A stretch of 64,000 bases of DNA from Octopus sinensis (GCF_006345805.1 NC_043010.1:14694001-14758000); one strand, 5' to 3'. Numbered from the stretch's first letter, positions 27,447 through 40,344 are shown. Translations and numbers: made by a program. Notes: generated from the sequence alone by a model not told the origin.

Positions 27447-27717
27447 TATATATATATATTGGTAAAAACGGTAAGATAAAAGAAAGAAAGAGACCTCAAT
27501 ATTATGTAAATAGAGGAAATTTATCTGTAAAATAATAATATGTGACAATTATTCAATAGCCAAGATAAATCTCTGAGTTTCGGATGCAGAGGTGGAAATA
27601 TATATATATATATATTATATATATATATATGTGTATGTATGTATGCATGTATGTATGTATGTATGTATGTATGTATGTATGTATGTATGTATGTATGTAT
27701 GTATGTATGTATATACA

Positions 27718-28907
27718 CAGGGTGCGTAAGATATTTGAGGACAGATTTATGGTTATAAAAAAATAACAGATGATAACTTTATTTATCAAAAAATGCTATA
27801 AGGATGAAAATAAACCTTCTTTTCGATAATATTATTCAATAAAGCCTCCTTCAGCTTCAACAACTGCTTCTATATGAGATCTAAATAATTTACATGCTCG
27901 AATCAAGAGTTCCTGGTTCATTTTGGACATTACTCTGACTATGGCAGCTTTTAAAGAATCTTTGGTGTTATGGGCATGTTCATTGACTTCTCTTTCAACA
28001 ACGTTTCACATGTAATAGTCCAATGGACGGAGATATGGGGAATTATAAGGCCAAAGGTTAGGGATTATGTGATCATGAAAATTTACAGCCATCCATTCCT
28101 GTGTTACTAGATCCATGTGTGATAGTGCAGAGCCTTACTGAAAGACAGACGGCCTTCCGTTGCATACACTATCCGGGGCTCAACATTTATTTCCAGGACC
28201 TCAATATAGGTGGCAGAGTTAAATCTAAGGCCTTGTGGGAAGAAATAAGGAGGAATTACATGCCCTTCATTGCTGACAAACACTAAATCTATGACAGTTT
28301 CAGGATATTTCGTAAGTATAACACTTGGAACTTCAGAAGGGTCTGCACAAAACCAAATCAAATCTTCTTCTGCTAGATTTTTCAGTTTGTTTAAGTGCCT
28401 TTTAGAACTGATATAGTGATTTTCTTTTGCTTTTTCTGACATAAATTGACGTTTCCTCATCATATAAGTCTTATATCTGATGTCTTCGTGGAGAACATTT
28501 CTGACTGTTACTTCTGACACATGGAGATCTTTTGCAACTGACCTCATGGACTTTCTGGGATTATAGTCAATGGTCTGTTGAACTTGCTAGATAAATTCAG
28601 ATTTTCTGATCATTTTAGAGCGTTTAGAATGCATTTTACGCTTTGATACTGGTGATACGTTTCCATCTTCAGTCTCTTACTCTTTACGAACTTTGTAGAC
28701 GAAAGATCTGGCAACTTTTAAAAATCGAAATATTTCTAAATCGCTATGCTCAGCCTTTATAACCACAGTAACAGCATGCCTATTCATTTCTTGAGTAAGC
28801 TGAGGGTCTGCCACTGTTATTTTCTGAAATAAAAATTATACAGTTTTCGCAAAAAAATGCAGCAATGACCATAAACGGGTATGTCCTCAAATACTTTACG
28901 TACCCTG
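27718..28907 (-). mobile_element. Tc1/mariner DD37D (maT-like) transposon, decayed and internally deleted
   Basis: TIRs CAGGGTGCGTAAGATATTTGAGGACA / TGTCCTCAAATACTTTACGTACCCTG, TA flank; ORF 28107..28547 with SMRSVAKDLHVSE..HEDIRYKTY and FVSNEGHVIPPYFFPQGL. Confidence 0.85.
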
Positions 28908-28911
28908 TATA

Positions 28912-29127
28912 TAGTCCTTTCTACTACAGGCACAAGACCTGAAATTTGGAGGAAGAGGGCCAGTCGATTAGATCTACCCCATTACATAACTGGTACTTAA
29001 TTTATCGACCCACAAAGGATGAAAGGCAAAGTAGACCTCGGCAGAATTTGAATTCAGAACGTAGCAACGGGCGAAATACCGCTAGGCATTTCGTCCAGCG
29101 CGCTAATGACTCGGCCAGTTCGCCGCC
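28912..29127 (-). mobile_element. SINE family C variant with a different 3' tail
   Basis: Same head and core, tail ...GTGCCTGTAGTAGAAAGGACTA. Confidence 0.75.
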
Positions 29128-29151
29128 TTTATTTGTGTAAATATAAATATA

Positions 29152-29227
<76 letters not shown>

Positions 29228-29498
29228 CACACACACAACACACACACACATATTTCGTTTTTGGATGTGATTTGCAAGATTCTTTATGTGAGTTCGTTCG
29301 TGTGTTGAAGCATATTTTGTTGTGTCTGGGGTGAGTCATTCTTTTTGAGTGCCTTATTATTTAACACACTCACCGGTTAGGTTGTCACTCATTTACTTAT
29401 TTAGTTTTTTTCTAAAATTTTCGTTGCGTCTTGCAACCTTTTCAATAGTGCGTTGAATAATAAGGCACTAAAAGAGAATGACACTCCCCATACACAGA

Positions 29499-29539
<41 letters not shown>

Positions 29540-29540
<1 letters not shown>

Positions 29541-29700
29541 GGGAGAATTCGTAAAAAAAAACAAACAAAAGACGAAGACAGGTGGTGTACAACACAAACA
29601 GATGTATTAGTATAACGCTCGGGAAGTGAAAAAGTATTTAACGTTTCGAGCCTACGCTCCTCCACAGAAAGGAACACAGAAAGAAACAAGGAGAGAAAGT
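29540..29700 (-). mobile_element. Hammerhead-bearing repeat family P2
   Basis: Minus: CCUUU CUGUGGA g GAGC guag GCUC GAAA CG UU; abuts (TA)n. Confidence 0.65.
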
Positions 29701-29730
29701 AAAGAGAGATAATAAATATATAAATATATA

Positions 29731-29774
29731 TCTTATGGCTAAGATCAAGGTCTAATATCTATTCTTAGCAGTTT
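29731..29774 (+). pseudogene. U2 snRNA 5' fragment (degenerate)
   Basis: CTTATGGCTAAGATCAAGGTCTAATATCTATTCTTAGCAGTTTA vs U2 CTTTTGGCTAAGATCAAGTGTAGTATCTGTTCTTATCAGTTTA (U2 sequence from memory). Confidence 0.7.
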
Positions 29775-29795
29775 ATTATTATTATTATTATTATT

Positions 29796-30349
29796 GAGTG
29801 AGAGAGCAGTTCATGTCATCAAAGTGACACTGGGGTAAAATATACGAAGCCCAATATACCCATCATGACTACCCATCTGATAAAGGCACACCAGGCACAT
29901 GCATCACAACCATATGTGCGCGACATGGTGATCTCATATCAAGATAAACAGCACATGACCTTGCAGGTGGGGCCCAGTTAGAATTCTCTTTAGGTTGAGT
30001 AGCCCATCCCGCTCAAACGGTCCCTGAATAAGGGCTGTTTAAGGATGTTGAAAGAACCACCCATGTTTCCAGAGGTGAATTATTCAAACCCCAAAGAATC
30101 CCTCTCAACACATGGCTATGATGCTCCCCCACTACTTCTGCTCGTGATCAGAGATGCACATATCGTCAGCCACTAAGGGACATGCTCAACTGGTTAAGGT
30201 CAAACAACTGACAAGCAAATCTGTGGTATTGAGCAGAATATTTGCTGTAGCCCATCTTTTATACCAAGACAAAACAATGTACATGATAACACTTCCAATC
30301 AGTTAAGATCAGAAGCCATGAGAGCCATTGCCTGGTACTGCATCAGGGC

Positions 30350-30352
<3 letters not shown>
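29796..30352. mobile_element. ~557-bp non-coding interspersed element embedded in (TAA)n
   Basis: Complex sequence with sharp boundaries, (ATT)n on both sides; no ORF; class uncertain. Confidence 0.55.
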
Positions 30353-30405
<53 letters not shown>

Positions 30406-30567
30406 CATATATACATATCAACAGTAATAATAAGGATTATTACGAAGTTGTATAGCATTGCCGTTAAACCTTTAATTCTTTATATATATATATATATATA
30501 ACTTTACATAGACCTACATATATATCATATATATATATATATATAATATATATATATATATATTATA

Positions 30568-31850
30568 AGTGGGGAAGCAAATTTTACAATATTTTGAGGC
30601 AGGGATTGAAAGACATTGTATGACCAATTAGTTTATTGAAAGTCATGAGAATTATTTGCCACAAGAAAATTTACATAACAGAAAATGTTTTCATCCTATG
30701 TGTCCTCCTTCTTTCTCAATAACTGCCTTCACACGGTTCCTGAAACTTGCGCAAGTGTTCCTCAAATATTCGGGAGACAAAGTCTCCCATTCTTCTTTAA
30801 TAGTATTTTAAAGAGAGTCGACATTACTGTGTGATGTTCTATTGGTAGCATGTTCTAAATCGCCCCAAATAGCATAATCCAGAGGGTTTATATCTGGGCT
30901 AGAAGGTGGCCATAAACATGATTCCAAAAAATTGCTAAAGTTGGATTTGCAGAAATCTTGTATTTTTCTAGCTGTGTGTGCTGGAGCACCATCCTGTGTC
31001 CATACATAATTACCATCTGGGTAGTTTGCTTTAAGCCCTGGCAATATCTGGTATCTCAGAGTGTTGTAGTAAGTATTAACATTGATCTTTTCATCAGCTT
31101 TGTAGAATTTTATACGCACTTTCTTTCTATCGAAAGCCACAACACCAAAAGCCATAACTTGAGCAGGATGTTTTGTTTTGAATGTCCCCTTAACCTCAGC
31201 TGTTGATTTTGCAATAAATCTGTCATTTCTGCGGTTCAGAAAAGCATCGACAGTGAAGATCTTTTCATCTGAAAAGATTGTTACAATGCAGGACCTTTTC
31301 TTGAACCATGTAATAATTTTCTTGCACCTCTCCAATCTCTTTTCCTTCATAGCTGTTGTCAACAAATGTTTTGGTGTTCTTGTGTAAGATTTTAACCTCA
31401 AATCATATTTTACTGCATTTCTAATGGTCTTGTTGACTACCTCAAGTTCAATTGCTATTTTTCTCATAGATTTGGTTGGATCCTTTAGGATTTTGGATTT
31501 GAGAGCTTTAATAAGAGCTTTCGTATGATTTTTATTGATTCCTCCACTTCAAGACTTCCTCATAATAGTTTTGCTCATAGTCATTATATTCTTTACATTG
31601 TAAACAGTCTTTATGGACACTCCAACTATTCTTGAAATCTTTGGTGTGACGAGTGCATTCAGCAAATCACACACTCTTTGACATTTGCTTTCCTGATTAC
31701 TCATATGGGCAAAAGTTTCTGAAAAGGTAAAGATAATAGTGTTAGGTATGAGTATGACATCAATATATGCTAGGTTTCAAAACAATTGACTTAGTGCCTG
31801 CTGAGAAAAAACAACTTAACATTCATTGTAAATTTTGCTTCCTCACCCTG
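30568..31850 (-). mobile_element. Tc1/mariner DD37D (maT-like) transposon with transposase pseudogene (~30691..31704)
   Basis: FSDE...QDGAPAH...WPPSSPDINPLDY with 37 residues between the last two Asp; TIR GGAAGCAAA(A/T)TTTACAAT; frameshifts and a stop at 30808. Confidence 0.92.
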
Positions 31851-31852
31851 TA

Positions 31853-31897
<45 letters not shown>

Positions 31898-31977
31898 TCA
31901 TAAACACACACGTTCACACACGCATACACACAAACACATATGTGCAAATATATAGATGATATAGTTATGTACATATA

Positions 31978-32194
31978 CGAGGGGTCATGAGAAATTCCTG
32001 GTTTCAAGGACATTGCAAAAGGCCTGGCTGGAGGCCCAGCCTTCTGAGTTCTTTTACAGGACTTAGAAAATACTGAAGGACTGCTGCAATAAGTGTGTGA
32101 ATCTGAGAGTAGAATATGTTGAATAAAATCCTTATTAACTAATCCTCCTGCATTTTGTTTTACTCAAACCCTAGAACTTCTCAACAACCCCTCG
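31978..32194 (+). mobile_element. mariner-derived MITE
   Basis: TA CGAGGGG...CCCCTCG TA; retains transposase C-terminus KCVNLRVEYVE*. Confidence 0.8.
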
Positions 32195-33506
32195 TATATA
32201 GATATACATATCTGTACATAGGTGCACACGCGCACACACACACACATCTTGTATTTTCTTTTACCTTTTACTTGTTCCAGTCATTAGACTACGGTCATGC
32301 CGAAGCACCACCTTGAAGAAGTACATATTTTTAAAAACCTGGTACTTATTCTATAAACTGGAACCCTCGTCGTCGTAACCGACGGAGTAGCAGTAATATA
32401 GATACACACAAACACACACATATATATATATATATATATACAACCCTATATCTCTCTAAGTGTCTGTATGCAAGGCGGCATTTATTCTGTCTATTTCTGT
32501 TCTGTATTCAAATCCAGTTGAGGTGAACTTTTGCTTTCATCCTTCTCATTGTCGATGAAATAAAATATCATTCAAGTACTGGGGTCGATGGAATTCACAC
32601 TACCCGCCTTCCCTTCAAAATCGTTGGCCGTGTGCCTAGATTGGAAACTAATATTTCTTCCAGCTTCCAACTGTGTTATGATTGTGTTACATGCTTGTAT
32701 GTTGTCTTCAAATATGGCCTGTATAAACCTCTGGTGATACTGTTCTTTTGACCTCTGATGATACTGTAATAATTCAGACGAAAACTGTCGATCAGCTGTA
32801 AGATCGAAATCTAACTTAGGAAATATATTCTTTAATATGAAAAGGTTCTATATTAAGAAAGACAACATTTCACTTGAAATGTTCTAACAGTAAAATTTAT
32901 TAAACTCTAATATCTTTAATCTTGTTAACACGAAATATATTTAAAAGTATTTAAATAATCCTTTTAAAAGTATTTAAAAGTATCTAAATAAAAGTATTTA
33001 AATAATTCTTATAGCGGTACAATATATAAGCCTTTAGAGAAAATATCAGTGTGGCAGCTTGATTAACTATAGGTTAAGATAAACTTTTAAACACTATAAA
33101 TCCGCTATACATAATTGAGGCTTTAAAGATTAAAATAGCCATGTATGTAACATACTGAATGCATGTACACAGTTGGTACGCCATTTACAGCGGTATTTGG
33201 CTTGAGACAACACCTTCTATGGAGGTGCTGTGTCAAAAGCAATAAATAATGGAGGGAGATTATTTTTATTCAGCTGGACATTCGTTCACATCATTAGTGA
33301 ATGCTGTGTTTCATGTTTCCTATAACAGTTCGCGACGAATTTTCGTTCAGCCCAAAGGCAGTCGAAATGCATTTGGCGTCCTCGTTCGCGGCTGTAAGGA
33401 CACGTTTTCGCTTTATTCTGATATTTATTGTATTTTAACACAGCACGTCCGTAAGAAATGTTAAATGTTATGTCAGTACTGCAGTAACTGGCCTATGAAC
33501 GATATA

Positions 33507-34242
33507 CAGGGCGTTCCAGACGTCTTGGGCACATTTTGACATTGAATATCTCGAAAACTATTAAGGACATAAAAACGCATCTGATATATTCTGAAAGCCT
33601 GCAATTTCAAGTTTTTTTTATGGAATGTTCAAAGATGTTTAGTGTAAGCACCGTTGGTCGCACGGCACACATCAAGCCGATAGTCCAATTCTATCATAAC
33701 GAGCTGGTTCATCAGTGTTCTGCAACTGTTGGACTAACTGTAGCTTGTAAGGTGTCATCTGCAGTCGTCTTTTTAAGATACGCCAAATAGTTGTTGTAGG
33801 AAGCTGAATTTCCCTACTGGCCCTTCTGGTCGATTTATGGGGGCTCCGCTCGAAGGCAGTTTGAACTCGCTCAACCGAATCATCTGAAGTTGAGGGTCGT
33901 CCCGTTCTCTTAGCTGGGCATGAACACCCATCCTTCATCAATTTACCATACCATCTCAATATGGACTTCCTTTCTGGTACCTCTTTTCGGAATTCTGTGC
34001 GAAATGCTCGTTGAAAAAGTGTCCATGATTCAGTTTTTGCAAATTCAAGGACGCAAAACGCCTTTTCTGGTTGAGTGAACGCCATTACTGGATATGAAAA
34101 AATATGAAAAAATCATTAGCATTACAAAAAAAACTTAATGAATGAATTTAGCTTTAAAATGGTACCAGTTTCATCTTACTACCAATCATAGTCCAGCAGA
34201 CACGAGGACTTGAAATGTGCACAAGACTTCTGGAACACCCTG
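33507..34242 (-). mobile_element. Internally deleted DD41D/rosa-type Tc1/mariner element (HTH region only)
   Basis: TIRs CAGGGCGTTCCAGACGTCTTGGGCACATTT / AAATGTGCACAAGACTTCTGGAACACCCTG; ORF 33672..34085 TQPEKAFCVLEFAKT...GRP...SPHKSTRRASRE...PYKLQLVQ; catalytic domain absent. Confidence 0.85.
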
Positions 34243-35264
34243 CATATGCATTAAGTACGACACGTAGCAACTTTAGACAATATATTAAATTACCTCGATC
34301 TAATGCAAGTTTAATTTAAATATTCATTAAACAAGTTTATACATACGCAGTGAGTGTTTATACTGAAGTAAAACTTATCAATTCATTCTCATTAAATTTT
34401 AAATGTAAACTTACAAGATATAATAATTTCAGCACTTACACACCACATCTCCACCAACTGTAACAAAAATATAAAGCTCTACAAAAGCTGGTCAATTTAT
34501 AATTAATATATTCCAGCAGAAGAAAACGACTTGTCTGTATATTCATGCTAACATTACAAAACATACAGATACGTTTAGTTAAATTGAAGAAAACATTAGC
34601 CATTAAAATGACCGCGTTTGAGCAATTATTTTATATTGATTTCTGGTACAAAGGAAGGAAGAGGGGAAATGTTGTAGGATGATGTTATATTCATCAGAGA
34701 GAGTAGCGTTATGAGAATGAGCATCTCATTTCAATGATTTAAAAGCTAAATTTGTATTTTTAAAAAGCTTTTACGGTTTTAAACTTAGTTACCGTTCATA
34801 CAATGTATTTGAAAGCATTTTTAGAAATACGATAACGTTCAACTGAATGGGATGAAACTCAAAATTGCAAGTAAACGACTCTCCAAGGTTGTATAGTTAA
34901 GTATCACCCTAAATGAATATTTATACAACCGCAATATTATCTCTAGGTTTATACGCAGTAAAACATTTAATATTTAAAGAAGACTAATAAATTCAGTCTC
35001 GTTAAATTAAGAAGTTGAAAATTTATATATCAGACAGAACTGTTTTACGCTTTCAGATGCCATCCGAGTCGATTATTATGACATAACACTGCTGTTTTTA
35101 AAACACAAATACTCCGTTGTCCCTCACTAGATGGCGTTGTCCTATTGTGATACATACTACTGTACTACGCAAACACATATACGTAAGTGCATATATATGT
35201 ATATGTATAAAAGTGTATATATATATGCATGCATGTATGTATATATATATATATATATATATAT

Positions 35265-35430
35265 AGGCGCAGGAGTGGCTGTGTGGTAAGTAGCTTGCTT
35301 ACCAACCACATGGTTCCGAGTTCAGTCCCACTGCTTGGCACCTTGGGCAAGTGTCTTCAACTATAGCCTCGGGCCGACCAAAGCCTTGTGAGTGGATTTG
35401 GTAGACGGAAACTGAAAGAAGCCTGTCGTA

Positions 35431-35470
<40 letters not shown>

Positions 35471-35704
35471 GTGTGTGTGTGTGTGTGTGTGTGTGTTTGT
35501 GTCTGTGTTTGTCCCCCTAACATCGCTTGATAACCGATGCTGGTGTGTTTACATCCCCGTCACTTTGCGGTTCGGCAAAAAGAGACCGATAGAATAAGTA
35601 CTAGGCTTACAAAGAATAAGTTCTGGGGTCGATGTGCTCGACTTATGGCGGTGCTCCAGCATGGCCGCAATCAAATGACTGAAACAAGTAAAAGAGTAAA
35701 AGAG
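35265..35704 (+). mobile_element. SINE family B, full length
   Basis: Complete head, internal TA/TG tract, GTAAAAGA tail. Confidence 0.9.
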
Positions 35705-35776
35705 TATATATATTTATATATACATATGTATGCATATATATATGTGTGTGTGCATATATGTATATATATATATATA

Positions 35777-35870
<94 letters not shown>

Positions 35871-36291
35871 TTCTGTGCATATAGATATATATATGCACAG
35901 CACATATATATACATAAAACACTTCCTGTATTCAAGAGGGTCAAGTACTCAAACAATGAAAGCGCCAAGGTCATGTCGGTGATGGCCCTATCACTTTATA
36001 TCACATTACATAACGTGTACAAACAATATATAAAGACAAATACGTACATCTAAAGTAAACACGGATTTGCTCTCCACTTATGCATATATTCACAAATGGC
36101 TGACTTAATACGCAACACGTTATCAAGGCCACGCATGGGTGCACTCACTGCACCTGTTGCACCGACGTCTAGTAGGCTCTAGATCCAAACGAATTGCAGG
36201 TTACGTGTTAGATGAAGAACGAACAAAATAAATGGATAGTTTCACACACACACACACACACACACAGAGTTAAATATATATATATATGCAT

Positions 36292-37003
36292 AGGTGAAGG
36301 GGTGGCTGTGTGGTAAGAAGTTTGTTTCTAACTACATGGTTCTAGGTTCACTACCGCTATGGGTTCACTACCAGTTGGGCGAGTGTCTACTATAGCTACG
36401 AGCCGATCAAATCCTTATGAGTGATAAAAGGCCGTCGTATATACACACCTATATATAGGTATAAAGGCGGCGAGCTGGGAGAATCGTTAGCACGTCGGGT
36501 GAAATGCGTAGCCGTATTTCGTCTGCTGTCACGTGTTCTGGGTTCAAATTCCGCCGAGGTCGACTTTGCCTTTCATCCTTTCGGGGTCGATAAATTAAGT
36601 ACCAGTTACGCACTGGGGTCGACGTAATCGACTTAATCCCTTTGACTGTCCTCGTTTGTCCCTTCTATGTTTAGCCCCTTGTGGGTAGTAAAGAAATATA
36701 TATATATATGTATATACATATGTATGCGTGTGTATATGTGTGTATATGTTTATGTGTGTGTGTGTGTTTGCGTGTGTGCGTAAGTCTTCGTGTCTCTGTT
36801 TGTTCTCCCACTCTGCTTGAAAACCGGTGCTGGTGTGTTTGCTTAGCGGGTCGGCAAAAGCTCCGATAGGATAAGTACCAAGCTAAAAAAAAAGAAAAAC
36901 AGAAAAAAAAAAGCACTGGAATCGATTCATTCAAGTAAAATTTCTTCAAGACTGTGCCCCAGCCTGGGGGCAATCTAATGGCTGAAACAAGTAAAAGATA
37001 AAA
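36292..37003 (+). mobile_element. Nested SINEs: family C (36466..36697) inside the microsatellite of a family B copy
   Basis: B head 36292..36435, C monomer, B tail ~36790..37003. Confidence 0.75.
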
Positions 37004-37903
37004 GATGTATCTATAAGCAGAATAATAATACAGGAGGTTCAGTCAGGTGATCGTGGTAAATGCTGATTGTTAGTCCCTAGCATAAAACATAGCTTGCATA
37101 GAAAAATACAAATAAGTCGATAATTGATCACTAAAATTTATTAATCGATGCATCAATTACATTTCGTCTCATGTCGAGATTAGACAGAAAATTCCGATAA
37201 GAGGAATGGAGCCTTACAACTCCATTTTGGAAGCAATAAATGTGGTTTATAATGGAATCATCGCATCTGTAAACAGGAGAATTGGAGCAGGTAACCGAGT
37301 ACTACAACGGTTTCAAAAGCACCATCGGGTGTTTTTTACGCAACATTACGAATACTTCATAGCTATATAATGTACTTTTGTTGTCAAGGACATACTTTTC
37401 AGTTGAAAGTAGTCCGTCATAATGGAGAAAGCAAAAGAAAACAAGGCTGGTGGAAAGAATAAGAAAGATGGGCTTGGAAAGTGGAATCGGTATAGAACCA
37501 ATGGCGTGCCCTACTCACGGATTACTTAATGCACATGTGGTGTCAATTATGGGAATTCACATGTGGTGTCAGTTATGGTATAGCTAGATACGGATACACA
37601 GAAACACACACTCACACGTACACATATATACATACACACACACACTTTCTTTTATCAGAGCTATGTTAATCTGCTTTTTAAGAGATTAAAAAATATATAA
37701 TTAATAATCCCAGTCCACCACTCTCTGTCTCTGCTTCACTTCAAATAATTTTCATCCTATAAATATTATACTGTGTACGTGGTACAGTATGATATGTATT
37801 AAGATTTTGAAGTGGATTAATGAATACCAAAAAACAGCCGGCTTTAGAAATCTATTAATTCGAATCTGCGAATTTGCATGTGAGTTTGTGTGTGTGTATT
37901 TGA

Positions 37904-37972
<69 letters not shown>

Positions 37973-38419
37973 TGTAAATGTGCGTTGACGGGCATAAAAG
38001 AATAACAATAAAAATATATATATCGTTTAGGCTCGTTTACGGGAAAATGTTTTGAAAATGCGAATAAATATTCCTATTCTATTGTGCCAGCTGCTGCCTA
38101 ATGATGCTAACTGGCAATACCAGATTCTTGGCGTTGCACCGAGCTGTGCCAATATAATGCAAGATAATTATAGTAATAATAATAACAATTCTTGGATGGA
38201 ATTTACAAATTCATGATCTTAAGAAACATGCGTTTTGTGGAAACGCACTCAGTGATGCATTAAAATATTTATAAATCCCATCCAACGATTATTATTATTA
38301 CTGTGCATACATACATATGTACATATACATATGCATAAATAATACACACACACACACACACACACGCACACACACACACACACACACCACACACACACAC
38401 TCATACACATACATGTATT

Positions 38420-38603
38420 CGCCATGATAGATCGTTAGCCACTACACACATTTCTCTCTCTCCTTGTTTTCTGTGTCCCTCTCTGTAGAAGAGCGTAGGC
38501 TCGAAACGTAAAACACTTTTTCTATTCCGGAGCGTTATACTAATACATCTGTTTGTTTTGTACACCACCCGTCTTCGCCTTTTGTTTTCTTCGTAAACTC
38601 TCC
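38420..38603 (+). mobile_element. Hammerhead-bearing repeat family P2
   Basis: CUGUAGA a GAGC guag GCUC GAAA CG UA at 38483..38510. Confidence 0.65.
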
Positions 38604-38684
38604 ATATATACATGTATAAATAGATAGATAGATAGATATAACATTATATAGGTGGCTTATTGGCAATTTGAATCCAAAGGAAAA

Positions 38685-39010
38685 ATTAATAGAGGTAACA
38701 AAAGTGACATTACTGACTAGCACCACTGTTATTAGAAATATGAGTCAAAACAACTTAAAAGTCCACAAAGTACTATCTTAGTTGCTGACAAGGGGAGGTA
38801 AGCCCCTAGCATATATAGTCGCTGATGAGGATTGAGGTGGTCTACATCAAAATCCGAAATCGTCGATCCGACTATATAAGCTGGGGGCTTACCTCCACTT
38901 GTCAGTCACTAAGATAGTGCTTTGTGGCTTTTTGAGTTACTTTAACTCTTATTTTCTTGCAATAGTGGTGCTAGTCAGTGCCCTCTGTAATTTTTGTGAC
39001 CTCTATTAAT
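38685..39010 (+). repeat. ~326-bp imperfect palindrome (arms ~137/142 nt)
   Basis: ATTAATAGAGGT...TATATAGTCG / CGACTATATA...ACCTCTATTAAT, roughly 80% arm identity by eye. Confidence 0.92.
38818..38872 (+). ncRNA. Type I hammerhead ribozyme at the palindrome apex
   Basis: GUCG CUGAUGA GGAUU [17 nt] AAUCC GAAA UCGUCGA UC CGAC; complete canonical core, G10.1-C11.1, predicted cleavage AUC after 38868. Confidence 0.8.
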
Positions 39011-39048
39011 ATATATATATATATATACATACATATATATATATATAT

Positions 39049-39354
39049 ATACATAAATATGAGAGAAAATCCACTATGTGGACGCCCTTACGCTAAAAAG
39101 ACATCTGCATGAGTCTCAACCCCTAAGAATTGTTCTCAAGAAAAATTTGGCACACCATGAACGTAAGCGAGCAGGACAAATGAAAAATAACAAAAATACA
39201 GATTAACCCCATACAATTGTTTCACTGTTAATAAACTATGCAATTCTACTTACACAATTCATCTTGAGAACAATTCTTAGTGGTTGAGACTCATGCGGAT
39301 CTCTTTTTAGCGTAAAGGCGTCCACATAATGGATTCTCCCTCATATTTATGTAT
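39049..39354. repeat. Foldback/MITE-like element, ~93-bp inverted arms with ~120-bp spacer
   Basis: 39049..39141 pairs with 39262..39354. Confidence 0.88.
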
Positions 39355-39439
39355 TAATAATATTTACTGAATCTCAGTTTTTTATGCGCTAAACCACTGG
39401 TGATATTAAATTAATATCCAATTTTTTCACCCTCATTTT

Positions 39440-39487
<48 letters not shown>

Positions 39488-40123
39488 TTACATACATGTC
39501 TGCCTATGTGTATCAGGTTGATCTGAATACTGCGACTTAGAAACAAATCAAATCTTGTAAAGGTAAATACGCATACACACACACATCAAAATGTGTAGAT
39601 TTGAATATATATTTTGGTAGATGTCATCTATTTAGAGTAAACCACTGAACCATGATTGTCTAAACCATTGAACCATAATTAAATGGTACGAATCAATTAT
39701 TATTGAATCTAATCAATATTTTACCGTTACATATAGTGCAATAATTGCATTGTTCCGAAAGTGTTTGCCATAACTGAAACATACAACCATTATGACAGCA
39801 AAGGTGAAATGCTATACATTATATCATATGGCTATATATTTCATATTAAGGTTAAAAGATCCTTGTATAGTATAGATCATAGAGCGCTTTCAATATTACA
39901 ATTTGAGTTTCAAGTAAATGCTTATGATGAGGCATAAGAAGTATAACGTTAACAAGTACAGTACGGGACCAATTAATTATCCGGCAAGTTTGGGACCGGT
40001 TTTATACCGGATTTCTGCATCTTTCAGTTTTCTGGTGAGAGTCTCCATTTTTTAGGAGGGGTAGCCACAACAAGACACGCATGTATGAATTAGTCCGTAT
40101 TAACGATCCAATAAGCAATGGTA

Positions 40124-40344
40124 CCCTTTCGTTACCAACCCGGCTGAAACTGGCTCTGGCTCTCTAGTACAAATGTCTTGTTTTCATAAGTCCTGAATTA
40201 AAATCTGGCACCAAACCTTAGTCACAATTTATGTTCATAGCTCCAGCTTAATGATAACTAAGTTATTTTACTAATTTCTTTGTTATATTTAAAGTAATTG
40301 AAAGAAACACAGAGTATCTCAAAATAAATACAGTAACGAAAGGG
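40124..40344. mobile_element. piggyBac-type MITE (second truncated copy starts at 40349)
   Basis: CCCTTTCGTTAC...GTAACGAAAGGG followed by TTAA and another CCCTTTCGTTAC. Confidence 0.65.

Noticed and set aside
29731-29774. Insertion of a U2-targeting retrotransposon (Keno/Utopia)
   Set aside because: Fragment runs past the known target position and no such element is adjacent
37200-37480. Possible RTE RT remnant (NGIIASVNRRIGAGNRVL)
   Set aside because: Too short and degenerate to support without a profile search
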